Positions 36,124-48,400 of a DNA stretch of 64,000 bases are shown piece after piece. Under the pieces are notes generated by a model. It made no database searches and was not told the origin of the DNA. It saw only the letters and a list, made by a program, of their open reading frames with translations. The stretch is from Nemertoderma westbladi (lineage: Eukaryota > Animalia > Xenacoelomorpha), in the NCBI GenBank assembly GCA_032718475.1, contig JAUCBJ010009104.1, positions 1 to 64,000 of the forward strand. The letters run 5' to 3'. Position 1 is the stretch's first letter. Every line of letters starts with the position of its first letter. Both the position numbers and the translations under genes were made by a program.

Positions 36124-38780
36124 ATGGCTGATACAAAACAAACACTGTCAGATAGTCTCCTAGAAAGAACAGTCTGCGACTCAGATAGGAGTGCAGAACA
36201 TCTGAGACCGAAGTCCAAGTCCCCTCCTACTGTAAGAAAGGTCATCCCTCCAGTAGTAGTATCAAACCCTAGGCTAGTAAAGCACCGTAGGTCTATCATA
36301 GGCACTCAGGCTCAAGTCAAGCGGGACCAAGAGGCAGCTGTTAAACAGCAGCAATACCCGAACCGAGAACTTATTTCTCAGCGGCCCGATAGCTCCAGTA
36401 GTTCAGATACTGTAGAGTTGACACCCGAGATCGGAGCAAAGATGGCAGAAGCGGTTTATTCAGACCCACTTCTAATTCTTCCTGAAGCCGTACTCACTAG
36501 AGTATTGATTGCGGTGGAGGAACATCAAATCGATTGGGCGAGAAGTAAGCGATCGACCAAGGACAGTTATGCGGGATACACGAAGGTGGAACTGAAGTCT
36601 ATTGTCGAGATGCAATGGAACTTCCCCGGACCCGGACTCCCGTTTAACTTATCGGAAGCTGCCTGGGAGGACTTATACAGGATGGGAGTGGTAAAGGACA
36701 CTAGAGATCCAGCTGTGTGGAAGAGGTCGGCAGCAGGATATGTACAGGGATTCTTCAGCTCTTTGGAGCAATTAGAGGAACAACTGTTTCAACAACCCCA
36801 AGGACCTCAAGAGCAGGGAGAGCTGCTTTATCAAGTTCGAGAACGAATCCTAAGAATCAGACTAATCCTTTCAGCCTTTGAGGAAGCCTCGAAGAGAAGC
36901 CAAGACACGTCATTGCAAGTCGCCCTAAAGACTTGGTTCCAACGGGTGAGTCTTAAAGTCCAAGGAACAACCCAATGGAAAATTCAGCTAACTGAGCGCG
37001 CGATCCACGGAGAATCAACAGACGCTACCTTTTCTCAGGTGGAAAGCAATGTTACATCAGAGAAACCTCAGAAGAAGGACGCTATTGACATCTATCTGTC
37101 GGACTATCAACGATTTATAGGTAACAAAGAGTTGAGGAGACGGCTAGCTGGACTTCACCCTAATAGTGAGGGAGCCAAATTTGTGTTAGACTCATTAGAT
37201 GCGGAAATGTTAGCCGCGGATCAGGCTAAATTTGATGAAAGAATCCTCATCGCTAGGGAACAGGAAGAACAATTAAAGAAAAAACAGATAGAAGACAGAA
37301 AGACAGCAGCAGCGGCGGCGGCAGAAGTTGAAAGAAAGGCAGCAATGGCAGCGGCAGCGGCAGCGGCAGAAGCGGAAAGAAAAGCAGCAGAGGCAGCGTT
37401 AGAAGCTGAAAGAAAAGTGGCAGAGGCAGCGTTAGAAGCTGAAAGAAAAGTGGCAGAGGCAGCGGTAGAAGCGGAAAGAAAAGCGGCAGAGGCAGTGGCA
37501 GCAGCAGAACGGAGGGCATCTGAAGAGACCGTCGTCCCTCGTCTGCCCGCTACTATGTTGGCGGCTCCCGCTTCGGCGTTCGAGTGGGTGGATGAGAGAT
37601 GGCGGGGGATGGATCTCCTGCTCGGGCAGATGGAGGAACATCGGGAACGTTCCTCCCAACAGGTCCAGGAGTTGGAGAGGACTGTTCAACAGTTAAAAGG
37701 AACAGTAAGAGAAGGTAGGTTAGAGTTGCAAGAAGTGCAGCAGAGTATCGCGTTAGAACGCGATAAATTTGTAAATTTACAAAGGGGTATACCACCACCC
37801 CCTGTAACAATGTGTCAACCTGTCAGGTCAGAAGTATTTCATGCGCAAGGTGTGGAGCCTATACGCATCTATACTGCTAGTGAAGTAGAAACTCCTATAG
37901 TAAACCCTATTAAGGATAATTATAAACTTGTTGATAATGATATTCCATATAGACCTGATCATAATCCGAGAAATTCATATACCGATAACTCGATATTAAA
38001 TAATACGATGGCCCAAGAAAGTTTTACGCGTCAAATGTCTAGAACCTAAGCCCGTCAAGCGGTAAAGGTGGGAGAGATCGTCAAGTTCAATGGAGATGAG
38101 ATGAAATGGTTACCTTTTAATGAATATTACAAAGATAACATACATAACTCTGTACTATCTAACGGAGAGAAACTTAGATTCCTCATCGAGTGCTTGGAAG
38201 GACCTCCCAAGTTAATGGCGTTAAAGTTTATTGGACATCCAGATGGATTGCGACAAGTTTGGGATACACTAAACATCAGGTATGGTAATAGGACAAACAT
38301 AGCTAGGTATTTGTATGCGAAATTAGTAGCGCCCCGAAAGTTCCTTAGCAGCGGGATTATAGGAGTAGGTACTCGTTGGGACAAAAGAGTTCTCTATATG
38401 ATGGACCAGCAACAAAGAGACCCTACCATGGCTGATATCATGTCATTCTTAAATGGAGAGGGAAGATCACAGCTCCTAAAACAGTCCCGAGAGAAGACAC
38501 CGGAAAATAAAGTAAGTGAAAAGGAAAGGCTTCTAGGAGAAAGGTAACACCAGTGTGTTATACAGACGACGGCGAAAGCCAAACCTCTCAGGAGGAGAAC
38601 AGCGGGAAAGACACCGAAAGATCTTACTATGTCAACAAAGCACCTAAAGACGTAAATTTAAAAATAAAAGACGTAAAGAAGTAAATTTAAGTCTCGAACC
38701 AGTGACAGGAGAGAACAGGTAACAAAAACTCCTCCTACGTCTCCTAAGAGAATTCATGGAAGAAAGCCCGAGGAAAAAAC
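36124..38780 (+). pseudogene. BEL-B gag (641-aa open N-terminal part with AEAERK coiled-coil repeats; core frameshifted and partly deleted)
   Basis: ORF 36124-38049, then 38068-38547 (KFNGDEMKWLPF..KLRFLIECLEG..LNIRYG, BEL gag core). Confidence 0.85.
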
Positions 38781-38784
38781 GAGT

Positions 38785-41700
38785 GTGCACAACACTACCC
38801 AAGGTAAAGTAAGTAACATCAAACCAAAATGTGCATTGTGCGACGGGCCCCATCATTTAAGTGTGTGTGATGAATTCTTAAAGAAATCCTTAAAGGATAG
38901 ATGCGATGTCATGTGGGATAAGCGGTTGTGTTATAATTGTCTCAGACAAGGACACCAACGGCGAACCTGTTACTCCGACGCGAGGTGTGCTAACTGCGGC
39001 GCGAAACATCATATCTTGCCGCACACCGAATTTGAAAGAACCAGCCCGAGTCAGGTAAGTGAGTCCGAACTACATGTCCAATTCAGTGATGTGAATGACA
39101 CTGACCACAGTTCTGAGATGGAAGGATTTTACATGGATGAATTCTCCGATGAAAACGAATCCTGTTATATGATAAACACCGCGGTGTATCGAGCGCTTAC
39201 GTATGAGACTGAAACCGATAACGAAGCGCACCCGACTATTCCTGACCGACAACCATCTTGGAAAGCGCCAACTTCCAACGTCGGAATCCGGGAATTCCCC
39301 GTAGTTCAGCTGAGAGTCCATGGATCAGGTAAGAGTTTTATAGTCAACGCCCTCCTGGACTCCGGCAGCACAGGGACATTCATCGACAAAGAACTAGCCG
39401 AAGACATCTTTGCTGGACAACCCAAGTTCCGAACTAAGTTGAACCTTTCCGGAATTATGCAGGTTTGGAAATCTACAGCAGCTACAGACTACTATGTAGG
39501 CGCGTTGTCCACTCCCCAGGACGAACTAGGAGAACACAGCATAAGGTCAGTAAAAATGGTGGCGATAAAGAACTTTGCTACCAGCCAAGTAGAACCTTAC
39601 AACTGGGATGAAGACGATTTTACCCAGCAACATAATATCCCTAGATTCAACACCGACTACCCAGGGGTGCAAATATTGATCTTCCAAAATGCGCATGAGG
39701 CGCTTGAGACATTAGAGAAACGGCCTGCTCGACCGCAACCATTGCAAACATATGCGGGAAGAACTAGAGTAGGTTGGTACTTCACTGGACCTTCCCGTAG
39801 AACACTCATGGAAAGATTACCTACCGAACAAATACATCAGGTGAGTGAATGGGAAGAAGAAATCAGTGAGGGAGAGATCCCACCTGAGGGAACACCATAC
39901 TCCTCAGATAACGACAATATTACTCAATTATTTGACGAGGAAAATACAATCGACCTCCTCACCGAAAGTGAAGCTTGGAGAAACCAAGTGCACCTTTGCC
40001 ATCTCATCAATCATGGCGGACAACTTGACTACAACGACGAGCTAAATGAGGTGATAGATCGACACAACGCTAAGATTCGCAATGAACATGCCGTACGATT
40101 CTTTACTCAAGAAGCTGTAGAGCCTAATTCCTACGACAAAGCACTATCGGTTGAGGAGGAAAGAGCCAAGCAGATCCAGGAAACGACTACACGTTTTCTT
40201 AAAGATCAAGGTAGGTATGAGATTGGTCTGCCATTCCGACGGCGAGAACCCAACTTTATAAATAACCGACCCTTAGTGGAGAAGAGAATCGCGCAACTAC
40301 ATCGGCGTCTTACGGTCAATGCTTCAGCTAAAGAGATGTATAAGACCCAGCTGAAGAAATTCATCGATAAGGGATACGCGGAGCGAGTACCGGAAGAAAC
40401 ACCTATAACTGAGAGAATGTATTATCTAACACATCATTACGTTCCCAAACCCGGTAAACCCAACGAAGTCCGGGTAGTATTTGACGGCTCCGCCCTTTAC
40501 ATGGGCCAATCCCTTAACTCTGAGTTGTTGCCGGGACCCAACTTACTCCAATCCTTGTTGGGAATACTCTTAAGATTACGGCAATATTCGATCGCCTTCG
40601 CCTCGGATATAGAAGGCATGTTCTTACAAGTTAAGGCGCTGGATAGGGATCGAGACAGCCTACGATTTCTGTGGTGGCCTGAAGGAGACCTCAACCAAAA
40701 ACCGGTGGAGTACTGGATGACCATCCAGGCTTTCGGGATCATCTCGAGCCCCTCGAACGCTTGTTCAGTAGTGCGTACCACTGCTGATGACAACCGAGAC
40801 GCCTTCTCTAAAGCGGTTATCGACAACATCAAACGGGATATATACATGGACGACAATTTAAAGTCCCTCCCATCGGTGGAAGAAGCCATTGATGTTGCCA
40901 AGGGAACGGTAGAGTGCTTGAAACGCGGTGGATTTCGACTAACTAAATTCACAAGTAACTCCCGTGAGTTTCTGGAATCGATCCCGGTAGAAGACCGAGG
41001 AGTTAAAGATCTGGACCTAATCAAGGACGATCTTCCGGAAACCAAGACGCTTGGTTTGAAATGGGACACGGAGAGAGATATCCTGTTTTTCCAGCTAAAA
41101 CAGCGAGATAATCCAGTTCGAACTAAACGGATTTGTCTAAGTATCCTGAGCACTTATTTCGATCCATTGGGATTTATTAGCCCAGTTATATTGGTTGCTC
41201 GGAGCTTAGTGCAACAAATGTGGCTTGAAAACCACTCGTGGGACGATCCACTTAAGGGAGAACTACTAAAGAAGTGGATGAAATGGGAAGATTCTCTACC
41301 ATCCATCGAGAACTTTACGATTTCCCGTTCCTATTTTGGTCACGTTCTCCCCACGTATTCCTATCAACTCCATGTGTTTGGAGACGCCAGCGATATGGGA
41401 ATAGGTATAGTAGCCTACCTGAGGGTTGAAACTCCGGATGGAATTAAAGTTGCCTTGGTTACCTCTAAGGCCTTGATAAACAACAAGCTACGAGTTCCTC
41501 GAGCGGAGTTAAAGGCGGCTCTATACGCTACAGCCATCGGCCGGAATGTAACAGAACAGATCGACTATCCACTGGAGAAAACTGTCTATTGGACTGATGC
41601 TTTACTCGTTTTGGAGTATATAACCAATGAAGTCTGTCAGTTCAGCGTCTTCGTTACCAACAGAGTGGCCATTATACTTAGTCGCACTAATGTAGATCAA

Positions 41701-42012
41701 TGGAGACATTGCCCTGGGACGATTAATCCAGCCGACATCGCCTCCAGAGGAGCAACTCCTCAAGAACTGATAGATACTCCAGACTGGTTAGGTGGACCCG
41801 ACTTCCTAAGTAAAGAAGAAGATGAATGGCCTCCTCATCTCACCACGGCTGAGATTAGACAAGCCAAGGGAGCGGAGAAAGTCAAACCCAAAACCCGGAC
41901 GAGTAAATCGAAGTTATTTAAACCCGTGATAGATCTGTCTGTACTACACATTTCCGGAGACGACGCTGTGGATCTAAACTCCCCCGCCACAAAAATCTGT
42001 CGTGGAAATTAG
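38785..42012 (+). CDS. BEL-B polyprotein segment: Zn knuckles, aspartic protease, RT, RNase H
   Basis: CALCDGPHHLSVC, CYNCLRQGHQRRTC, CANCGAKHH; ALLDSGS; IYMDDNL; LHVFGDAS..VPRAEL..YWTD..NPADIASRG. Confidence 0.93.
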   Translation: MHNTTQGKVSNIKPKCALCDGPHHLSVCDEFLKKSLKDRCDVMWDKRLCYNCLRQGHQRRTCYSDARCANCGAKHHILPHTEFERTSPSQVSESELHVQFSDVNDTDHSSEMEGFYMDEFSDENESCYMINTAVYRALTYETETDNEAHPTIPDRQPSWKAPTSNVGIREFPVVQLRVHGSGKSFIVNALLDSGSTGTFIDKELAEDIFAGQPKFRTKLNLSGIMQVWKSTAATDYYVGALSTPQDELGEHSIRSVKMVAIKNFATSQVEPYNWDEDDFTQQHNIPRFNTDYPGVQILIFQNAHEALETLEKRPARPQPLQTYAGRTRVGWYFTGPSRRTLMERLPTEQIHQVSEWEEEISEGEIPPEGTPYSSDNDNITQLFDEENTIDLLTESEAWRNQVHLCHLINHGGQLDYNDELNEVIDRHNAKIRNEHAVRFFTQEAVEPNSYDKALSVEEERAKQIQETTTRFLKDQGRYEIGLPFRRREPNFINNRPLVEKRIAQLHRRLTVNASAKEMYKTQLKKFIDKGYAERVPEETPITERMYYLTHHYVPKPGKPNEVRVVFDGSALYMGQSLNSELLPGPNLLQSLLGILLRLRQYSIAFASDIEGMFLQVKALDRDRDSLRFLWWPEGDLNQKPVEYWMTIQAFGIISSPSNACSVVRTTADDNRDAFSKAVIDNIKRDIYMDDNLKSLPSVEEAIDVAKGTVECLKRGGFRLTKFTSNSREFLESIPVEDRGVKDLDLIKDDLPETKTLGLKWDTERDILFFQLKQRDNPVRTKRICLSILSTYFDPLGFISPVILVARSLVQQMWLENHSWDDPLKGELLKKWMKWEDSLPSIENFTISRSYFGHVLPTYSYQLHVFGDASDMGIGIVAYLRVETPDGIKVALVTSKALINNKLRVPRAELKAALYATAIGRNVTEQIDYPLEKTVYWTDALLVLEYITNEVCQFSVFVTNRVAIILSRTNVDQWRHCPGTINPADIASRGATPQELIDTPDWLGGPDFLSKEEDEWPPHLTTAEIRQAKGAEKVKPKTRTSKSKLFKPVIDLSVLHISGDDAVDLNSPATKICRGN

Positions 42013-43726
42013 AGAAAGAGACTGGAAATCTGGAACACCAGACGTCTCGCAGGGACTCTCACCTCTCCTGCAGAGAGCGATACATCACTATAGCTCCTGG
42101 AATCGGCTTTGTAAGGCCGTCGTGTATTTGAAGCGATGCTTCCATTATCACTACTCCAGGACGAAGATCGCTAGTGATACCGCTCCACTGACATCTGCGC
42201 AGGTCCATGCTATTAAAGATCTTCCCAAATACAAGATATCAGATAGGTTTCTGACGGAGAAGATCAGTTACCAGGAGCATGAAGAAACCAATAAGCAGAT
42301 ACTGAGACTCCTGCAATGCTATGAAGATTCCGATAAGTATTTCCTGTTGTTGAGAAATCCACAGATGCGCTTAAGGGATCGTTTCTCTAGCACAATGATA
42401 GATGGGTTAATACGTGTTGGAGGGAGACTAACTAATGCTCCATTATCCTTTGACACTAAGTTTCCCATACTCATTAGAAATCTTGAAATACAAATCAAGA
42501 TGATTGTAGATGTTCACAGTAAGCTGTACCATGCTGGTAGAGAACGAGTTCTTAGCGAAATTCGAACTCGCTATTATTTCCATAAACCCCGTAGAGCTCT
42601 GAACCAAGTTCTTAGGAACTGTATACCCTGTAGGAAAGCATTCAGTAGGCCTTTAACACAGCGAGAGGCAGAATTACCTAGGGAACGAGTAAGCTTCTAT
42701 GAACCACCCTTTACTAATACCGGTGTGGATTTATTTGGCCCTATTGAAGTATATCGTGCTAGGACTATAGTCAAGCGATGGTGTGTCATCTTTGTCTGTA
42801 TGACTTGTAGAGCGATCCATCTAGATATGGTGAACGATCTATCTACCAACAGCTTCATACTGAGTTTACGCCGACAGATCGCTCGCTTTGGAACTAGCAA
42901 CACGATGAGATCTGATAAGGGAACGAACGTCATTGGCGCCAATAATGAGATCAAGGCTTACGTTAGAGATTGGAACCAAAGACAGGTGGACGATCAGCTA
43001 AGGGTAACAGCATCTAGCTGGACCTTCAACGCCGCCGACGCCCCTTGGTGGGGAGGAAGTTGGGAGAGATTAATAAGAAGCGTGAAGACCGCATTTCACT
43101 TTATAGTGCCGTGCCAAGCGTATCTCACCGACGAACTTTTGCGGACGTTAATGGAAGAAATCGCCGCCTATCTTAACGAGAGACTGCTTATGCCAGTCTC
43201 ATCGATTCCCGACTCCCTGGAAGCGCTATCACCCGCGCACTTCCTACTGAAGAAACCTGTAGCCATGCTCCCACACTCGGAAATCACGGACGGAGACGAA
43301 TACTGCCGACAAACTTGGCAACATATGCAGTTATTATCCCGTCGTTTCGCTGACCATTTCGAAAAACATTATCTGCCTACGCTACAACTTCGAACCAAGT
43401 GGTTTGCGCAACAAGAAAACGTCAGTGCCGGAGACATGGTCCTTATTGTGGAATCCGATCTTCCACGTAAGCGGTGGCAAACAGGTCGTATCATCGAGAC
43501 TCATATCTCCGATGATGGTTTAGTGCGATCAGTAGAACTCGTCGTCATGCGACGTAACTTTAAGAAACCTGGAATTGTATTCGAAACGCAGCAGCTCAAT
43601 CGCCCAGTTGGTCGTTTATGTTTACTGGAAAGAGACAGAGAACTATCCGGAAACTATGGAAGGCAAGATACTCTTCCCACGACCACCTCCCTAATCCAAC
43701 AAACATCTAGGGACTCCCCAATGTAA
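42002..43726 (+). CDS. BEL-B integrase (frameshifted from upstream pol)
   Basis: HSKLYH..CIPC, GVDLFGP, SDKGTN, WGGSWERLIRSVK, and BEL C-terminal WQTGRIIE..DGLVRSV..RPVGRLCLL. Confidence 0.93.
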   Translation: MEIRERDWKSGTPDVSQGLSPLLQRAIHHYSSWNRLCKAVVYLKRCFHYHYSRTKIASDTAPLTSAQVHAIKDLPKYKISDRFLTEKISYQEHEETNKQILRLLQCYEDSDKYFLLLRNPQMRLRDRFSSTMIDGLIRVGGRLTNAPLSFDTKFPILIRNLEIQIKMIVDVHSKLYHAGRERVLSEIRTRYYFHKPRRALNQVLRNCIPCRKAFSRPLTQREAELPRERVSFYEPPFTNTGVDLFGPIEVYRARTIVKRWCVIFVCMTCRAIHLDMVNDLSTNSFILSLRRQIARFGTSNTMRSDKGTNVIGANNEIKAYVRDWNQRQVDDQLRVTASSWTFNAADAPWWGGSWERLIRSVKTAFHFIVPCQAYLTDELLRTLMEEIAAYLNERLLMPVSSIPDSLEALSPAHFLLKKPVAMLPHSEITDGDEYCRQTWQHMQLLSRRFADHFEKHYLPTLQLRTKWFAQQENVSAGDMVLIVESDLPRKRWQTGRIIETHISDDGLVRSVELVVMRRNFKKPGIVFETQQLNRPVGRLCLLERDRELSGNYGRQDTLPTTTSLIQQTSRDSPM

Positions 43727-45411
43727 CAGCGTCTGGAGTGGGTGTGTGACTATATTATTTTATATTTGTTTTTATTATTTTTATATTTATGTATGTATTA
43801 TTATGTAATTTTATTATAATCGTTTTCTTTAATTTTATTTAGTAGAATGTTATTTTAGCGATTATTTAGTAGAATTAGTGCAATATATATTCGCGTTTAT
43901 TACTTAATTACTTATATTATATATATTTAGCGTAACGGCGAGAAATAATTTTTTTTTCTCTTTCCTTACTGTCCGTATCATATTATAAATGCGTGACTAC
44001 AGTAAGATGAAATATCCATACTTATTAAAGTACAATAAAGCTCCTACTATACTCAAGTATTATTGGTAAGTAGAGTATTAGGAATGCAAAGTTCAGATCC
44101 TCGTGTCTCGGCTAAACTAAGCTCTGGGTAGACCTTGGAAACGACTTGCCTCTTCTCACTGACATTGCTTCTTGCAATATTGCTCTCATACCGTATATTA
44201 AATAATACATATAGTAGCGTGATGTCCCTTTAACAGTAGCGTATAACGCAAAATAAATCTGTTAAACCCTTTGATCATCTGTAATTCTAGTCGATTAAGA
44301 TATCATGGCACCCACCGATATACTTGAAAGACAAAACTCTAGAATCAGTGGTTAACGTCCCCAGACAAGTTCTGGAATAAATCGGTGCCCATCTTAAATA
44401 TTACATAGTTAATATTTATAAAAATCGATTAAAACAAATGTTATAATAGAGTAAATGCATACATATAAACTCTAAGGAGTTTGTAAACCAAGAAAATCTA
44501 TAAATCAAAATCTGTTAAAATTTAGATCCTTTAAAAAGACAAATTTCCTAGAATCAAGGATCCCAGTCCCCAGACATGCCCTGGAATAAAATTGTGCCTA
44601 TTTAATATTAAATAATAAAATTTACGGGAATAATTTTAAATTCATATCCTCTCATGAATTTGATAAATTGTCATTTTATGCAATTTATAACATTCCCAAA
44701 ATTCCATTAATTAATAGATCGTGGGAGCGGAGATTCACCCTATTAAGTATATTAGCGTGAGAGAATCTCCAATATATAGTCAATAGCCGATAAAATTCAT
44801 AAAATCATGTATAAAGGGGAATATTGACAATTAAAGAATTACTATTAAATAGCATCCCAGATCTGTATGCATGAGAATTACCCTAATTATACTGCTAGCT
44901 TTCCATAATGTCACCATAGCAACAACCACACTAGAATTAGAAGCGAGTTGAAAGAACAATAGAAAGCTTGCCCCATTGAATAGCATACGGAATAAATAGC
45001 GCACTGCTAGTATCCAAGGATACATAATAATAACGTGGCATTCTGGAAGGCACTTGACTAACGGACAAATGGCCTGAATGTGTACAATTTGTGACAGTTG
45101 TGTGGAATTTGTGCGTTTATAGGTGAACGATGCTACTAAAGTGTGTTTACAGTAGCTAGTCACAGTTGTGAAAGTAGCCCTACCTCTGCAGTAAGAACCT
45201 GAAGTAAATCTAAGCCCTTGGGACGGACAGTGGAGTGACTCGCGCTGGTTATTGTTGTCGTTGTATAGCTACTACGTTGGCGATAGGCACCGCGACAACA
45301 GTACATCGGTGCTGAGGATCTTGCGCTGTCCGGGGGCATTGAGGGGTAGGCAGCGACGCCCGCTAGCCTAATTACAATTAATTATAATATTTATAAACTC
45401 ATATAGCAGCT

Positions 45412-48400
45412 ATGACTGAGTTGATAGAAGATGATCTTGGTATCAGGGAGCGATATACCCTACCGTTGCAAGCGTTTGTTGATAGCCTAATACGCGGCGA
45501 CACTAGTCCAACTACTACGGAGGACGATGGCCGTTATATCGAACCGCCAATGTCCAAGGAACAACTCACGCATGAATTGGACTATAGAAAATTCATCGCT
45601 CGCTATACGCATCGTAATGGTACGTATATGGACTTCTTAACTACTGGCCATCCTATCGATTTACACGATACGGACGATGTAGACACCGAAAGGGAAATGG
45701 TTCTATTTAAATATCGTACCCAGCGGAGTCGGAACGATAAACCGAGAATCGAACACGAGAATTCTATTCGAAACCGACTCGAAAGAGAAGACGTTGAAGA
45801 CCCGGATAAACGCAGCAACTTCAACGAATATCTGGAATTCTTGAGAGAAACATATCTCAATATTGCCAGCCAACAAAATCTAGAAACTCGATATCGTCAA
45901 GGTATACATCATGACCCTATGATAGAACTCAAACGGCTCTATTTCACTATGATGTATCTTACCGCCGATCGAACGCTACCTGTCGTCCCGGATAGCTTCG
46001 AACAGATGGAGGAATATTGTAAAACTGGAGAACGATCACCCGCGTTTCCCCTACAAGACGTGCGTCATTGGTATTATTGCGATGAATGCCCTAGACCCAA
46101 CCAGCAAACGGAAAGACATAAACATCCGCGGAGACGTTGCGCTAAACACAGTTTTACTCGCTATACTTACGGGAGTTTCGAGCGAAACTTGTTCGACATA
46201 TCACCTACGTTTGCTCGACTCAAACGATCCTTAAATAAACCCATAATCAGAGTTCCGGAATACTCGGTCAGACCTCCTCATTCCCTAGTGAGACCTCAAA
46301 CTCTTGATCCTAATAGTATAACGGATCCTCCTGAACTGTACTCACTGTTCAAAGATCTTGTGTTACCCGAACAATTAATCGGTGGCACTCCGGTAGTAGG
46401 CTCGCTAGATATTCGCCCCTCCTACCTAGCCGGATTGGGATGCGGACATCTAATATCGCCGTTCAACCCGTACAATCGTTCCGGTTTAACCCCGATACAA
46501 CCCGTCACCGAAGTCGAGGAGAGCGTTGTACGAAACGCGTTAGACGCTATTCGGTAGAAGATCGGAAAAGGAACTTATGATTGTTTAGAGAAACGCAAAT
46601 TGCAGCAACAAGTCCAAGCGGTGAAGGAGTTGGCCTTACCCTAGTTTGATCAAGAAATCCAGAACCTCGAGGAAGACATCGAACTTGGACGAACCTATTC
46701 TCTACAAGAGTTCTTAGACAAATGCTTACAATGACAAGCGGAGGAAAATCAGCTCGAGGAGAAACACATCGAAATGGATGAGAGAGAAGAAGCAGCTTTA
46801 GCCCAACCAGAAGCTGAAATCCTTATGACTGATCTCTACTCCAAAACCATCATTCATCCCTCGATGGTTCCCCATTTCGGAGACAAACTCTTCGCAACAG
46901 TACAACCCCACCGGTTGATATCAACCTAAGATCTCGACATCTTATCGCTGACGCTCCTATGTTACAGCATCCGCCAATCGAGGCCGCTCGTGTCGACGGT
47001 ATACTCGTTGAACCTCCGGACAATCGAGCGGATCTTGTCCGTCGTATGGTACATGAGGTCAACATACGCGCTAGACCTTTACCGAACTCGTTTTATGGGA
47101 TCAAAGACCACCCTTATTATGTTAATCTAACTCAATATTATATGGTAAAACCGGAAGATCCTACACATAGTCTAAGGTTTCTACCACTAATAAATCCTCT
47201 CGATCTTGTCAAACTTGAACAACTGCAGAAACATCTGGATCAGTTAGTGAAAGTAAACTCATTCAGAAAACCCTACAATGTTTCCAGAATAGAGAAAGAT
47301 ATACTGCCTCCGTATAATCTCGATGGATTTATCAAAACTCGATTAGTCCACTGGAATCTCGACATATTATTCGAGGAAGAGAGAATACAACGATATGGAG
47401 ATGTAGAGACGTATACTACACAATATCTGTGTATAGGGATCTACCCAACGCTAGCGAATGCGCCACCTTATGGCATCCGGTGGGGATGACCCTAGAAAAC
47501 GCCACTAAAGAGTGGAACGAAACTCTTAACGTTATCGAAATGTATGGAGTTGTCACTTACGTTAAAGAAGGTAGCGTTCCGGTTGGAGAACTGGGAACTA
47601 CGCGCATGATACATATATGAGGATTAGCTGGTTCTAGCCACGTGTGTACTCGAGCGTGTTCCGACGTGATTGATTATTCTTTTGAGACCCTCACCGAGAT
47701 ACAAAAGAAACTCCGACATGGACAATTCGAACTCGCGCAGCGTTACGTCACCGACACCGAGCGCAAACCGGCCATGGGTATCGATGGATCGATGTTACCC
47801 CAGCCCGTGCTCGAGATGTTGTTTAACGAAAGAATCCTTAAAATCGGCTCAGCTGTTTATGGAGATCTCCAAAACGACTTTAGGAACATGGAGAATATCC
47901 CATATCCTTTCGTAGATACCCAGCTGATTGCTCCCTGGGCAGAAGGCCGAGGTTTCTTCCGAACTATGTATGCCAATACACCCAGCGGCATCAATAAAGT
48001 ACAACGAACCTCCATCGGACATCTTGCCTTCCAAGAGTACGGATGGAATTTCAAAGTCGGAAACCCTATCAACTATCAACAAGTATATGGAGATCATTAT
48101 TCTCGATTATACTTCGACGGACCATTGACCGCACCTGGCGTTGTGTATAGCTTCATGAGTGTTCCACTTCGTCCCTCATTAGCTATATACACTATATTCG
48201 AGAACGCCGCACTTGCCGGTTGGCTAGCCGATGTGTGCAGTCATACTATACGCGCCCATCCCTTAATACTTGGAACCAAACTCGCCAAGCTAGATGAACA
48301 CAATAAATTCATCCGCTTCGAATGCTTTAGGCGCTTTCTGACTCCATTCCGTAACATTGATAGTCAGTTCAAGGACCGCGCCCTGACCAAGCTCAGCCTA

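Noticed and set aside
38040-38790. Programmed frameshifts in BEL-B gag/pol
   Set aside because: BEL elements are usually single-ORF, and several breaks plus a deletion fit post-insertion decay.
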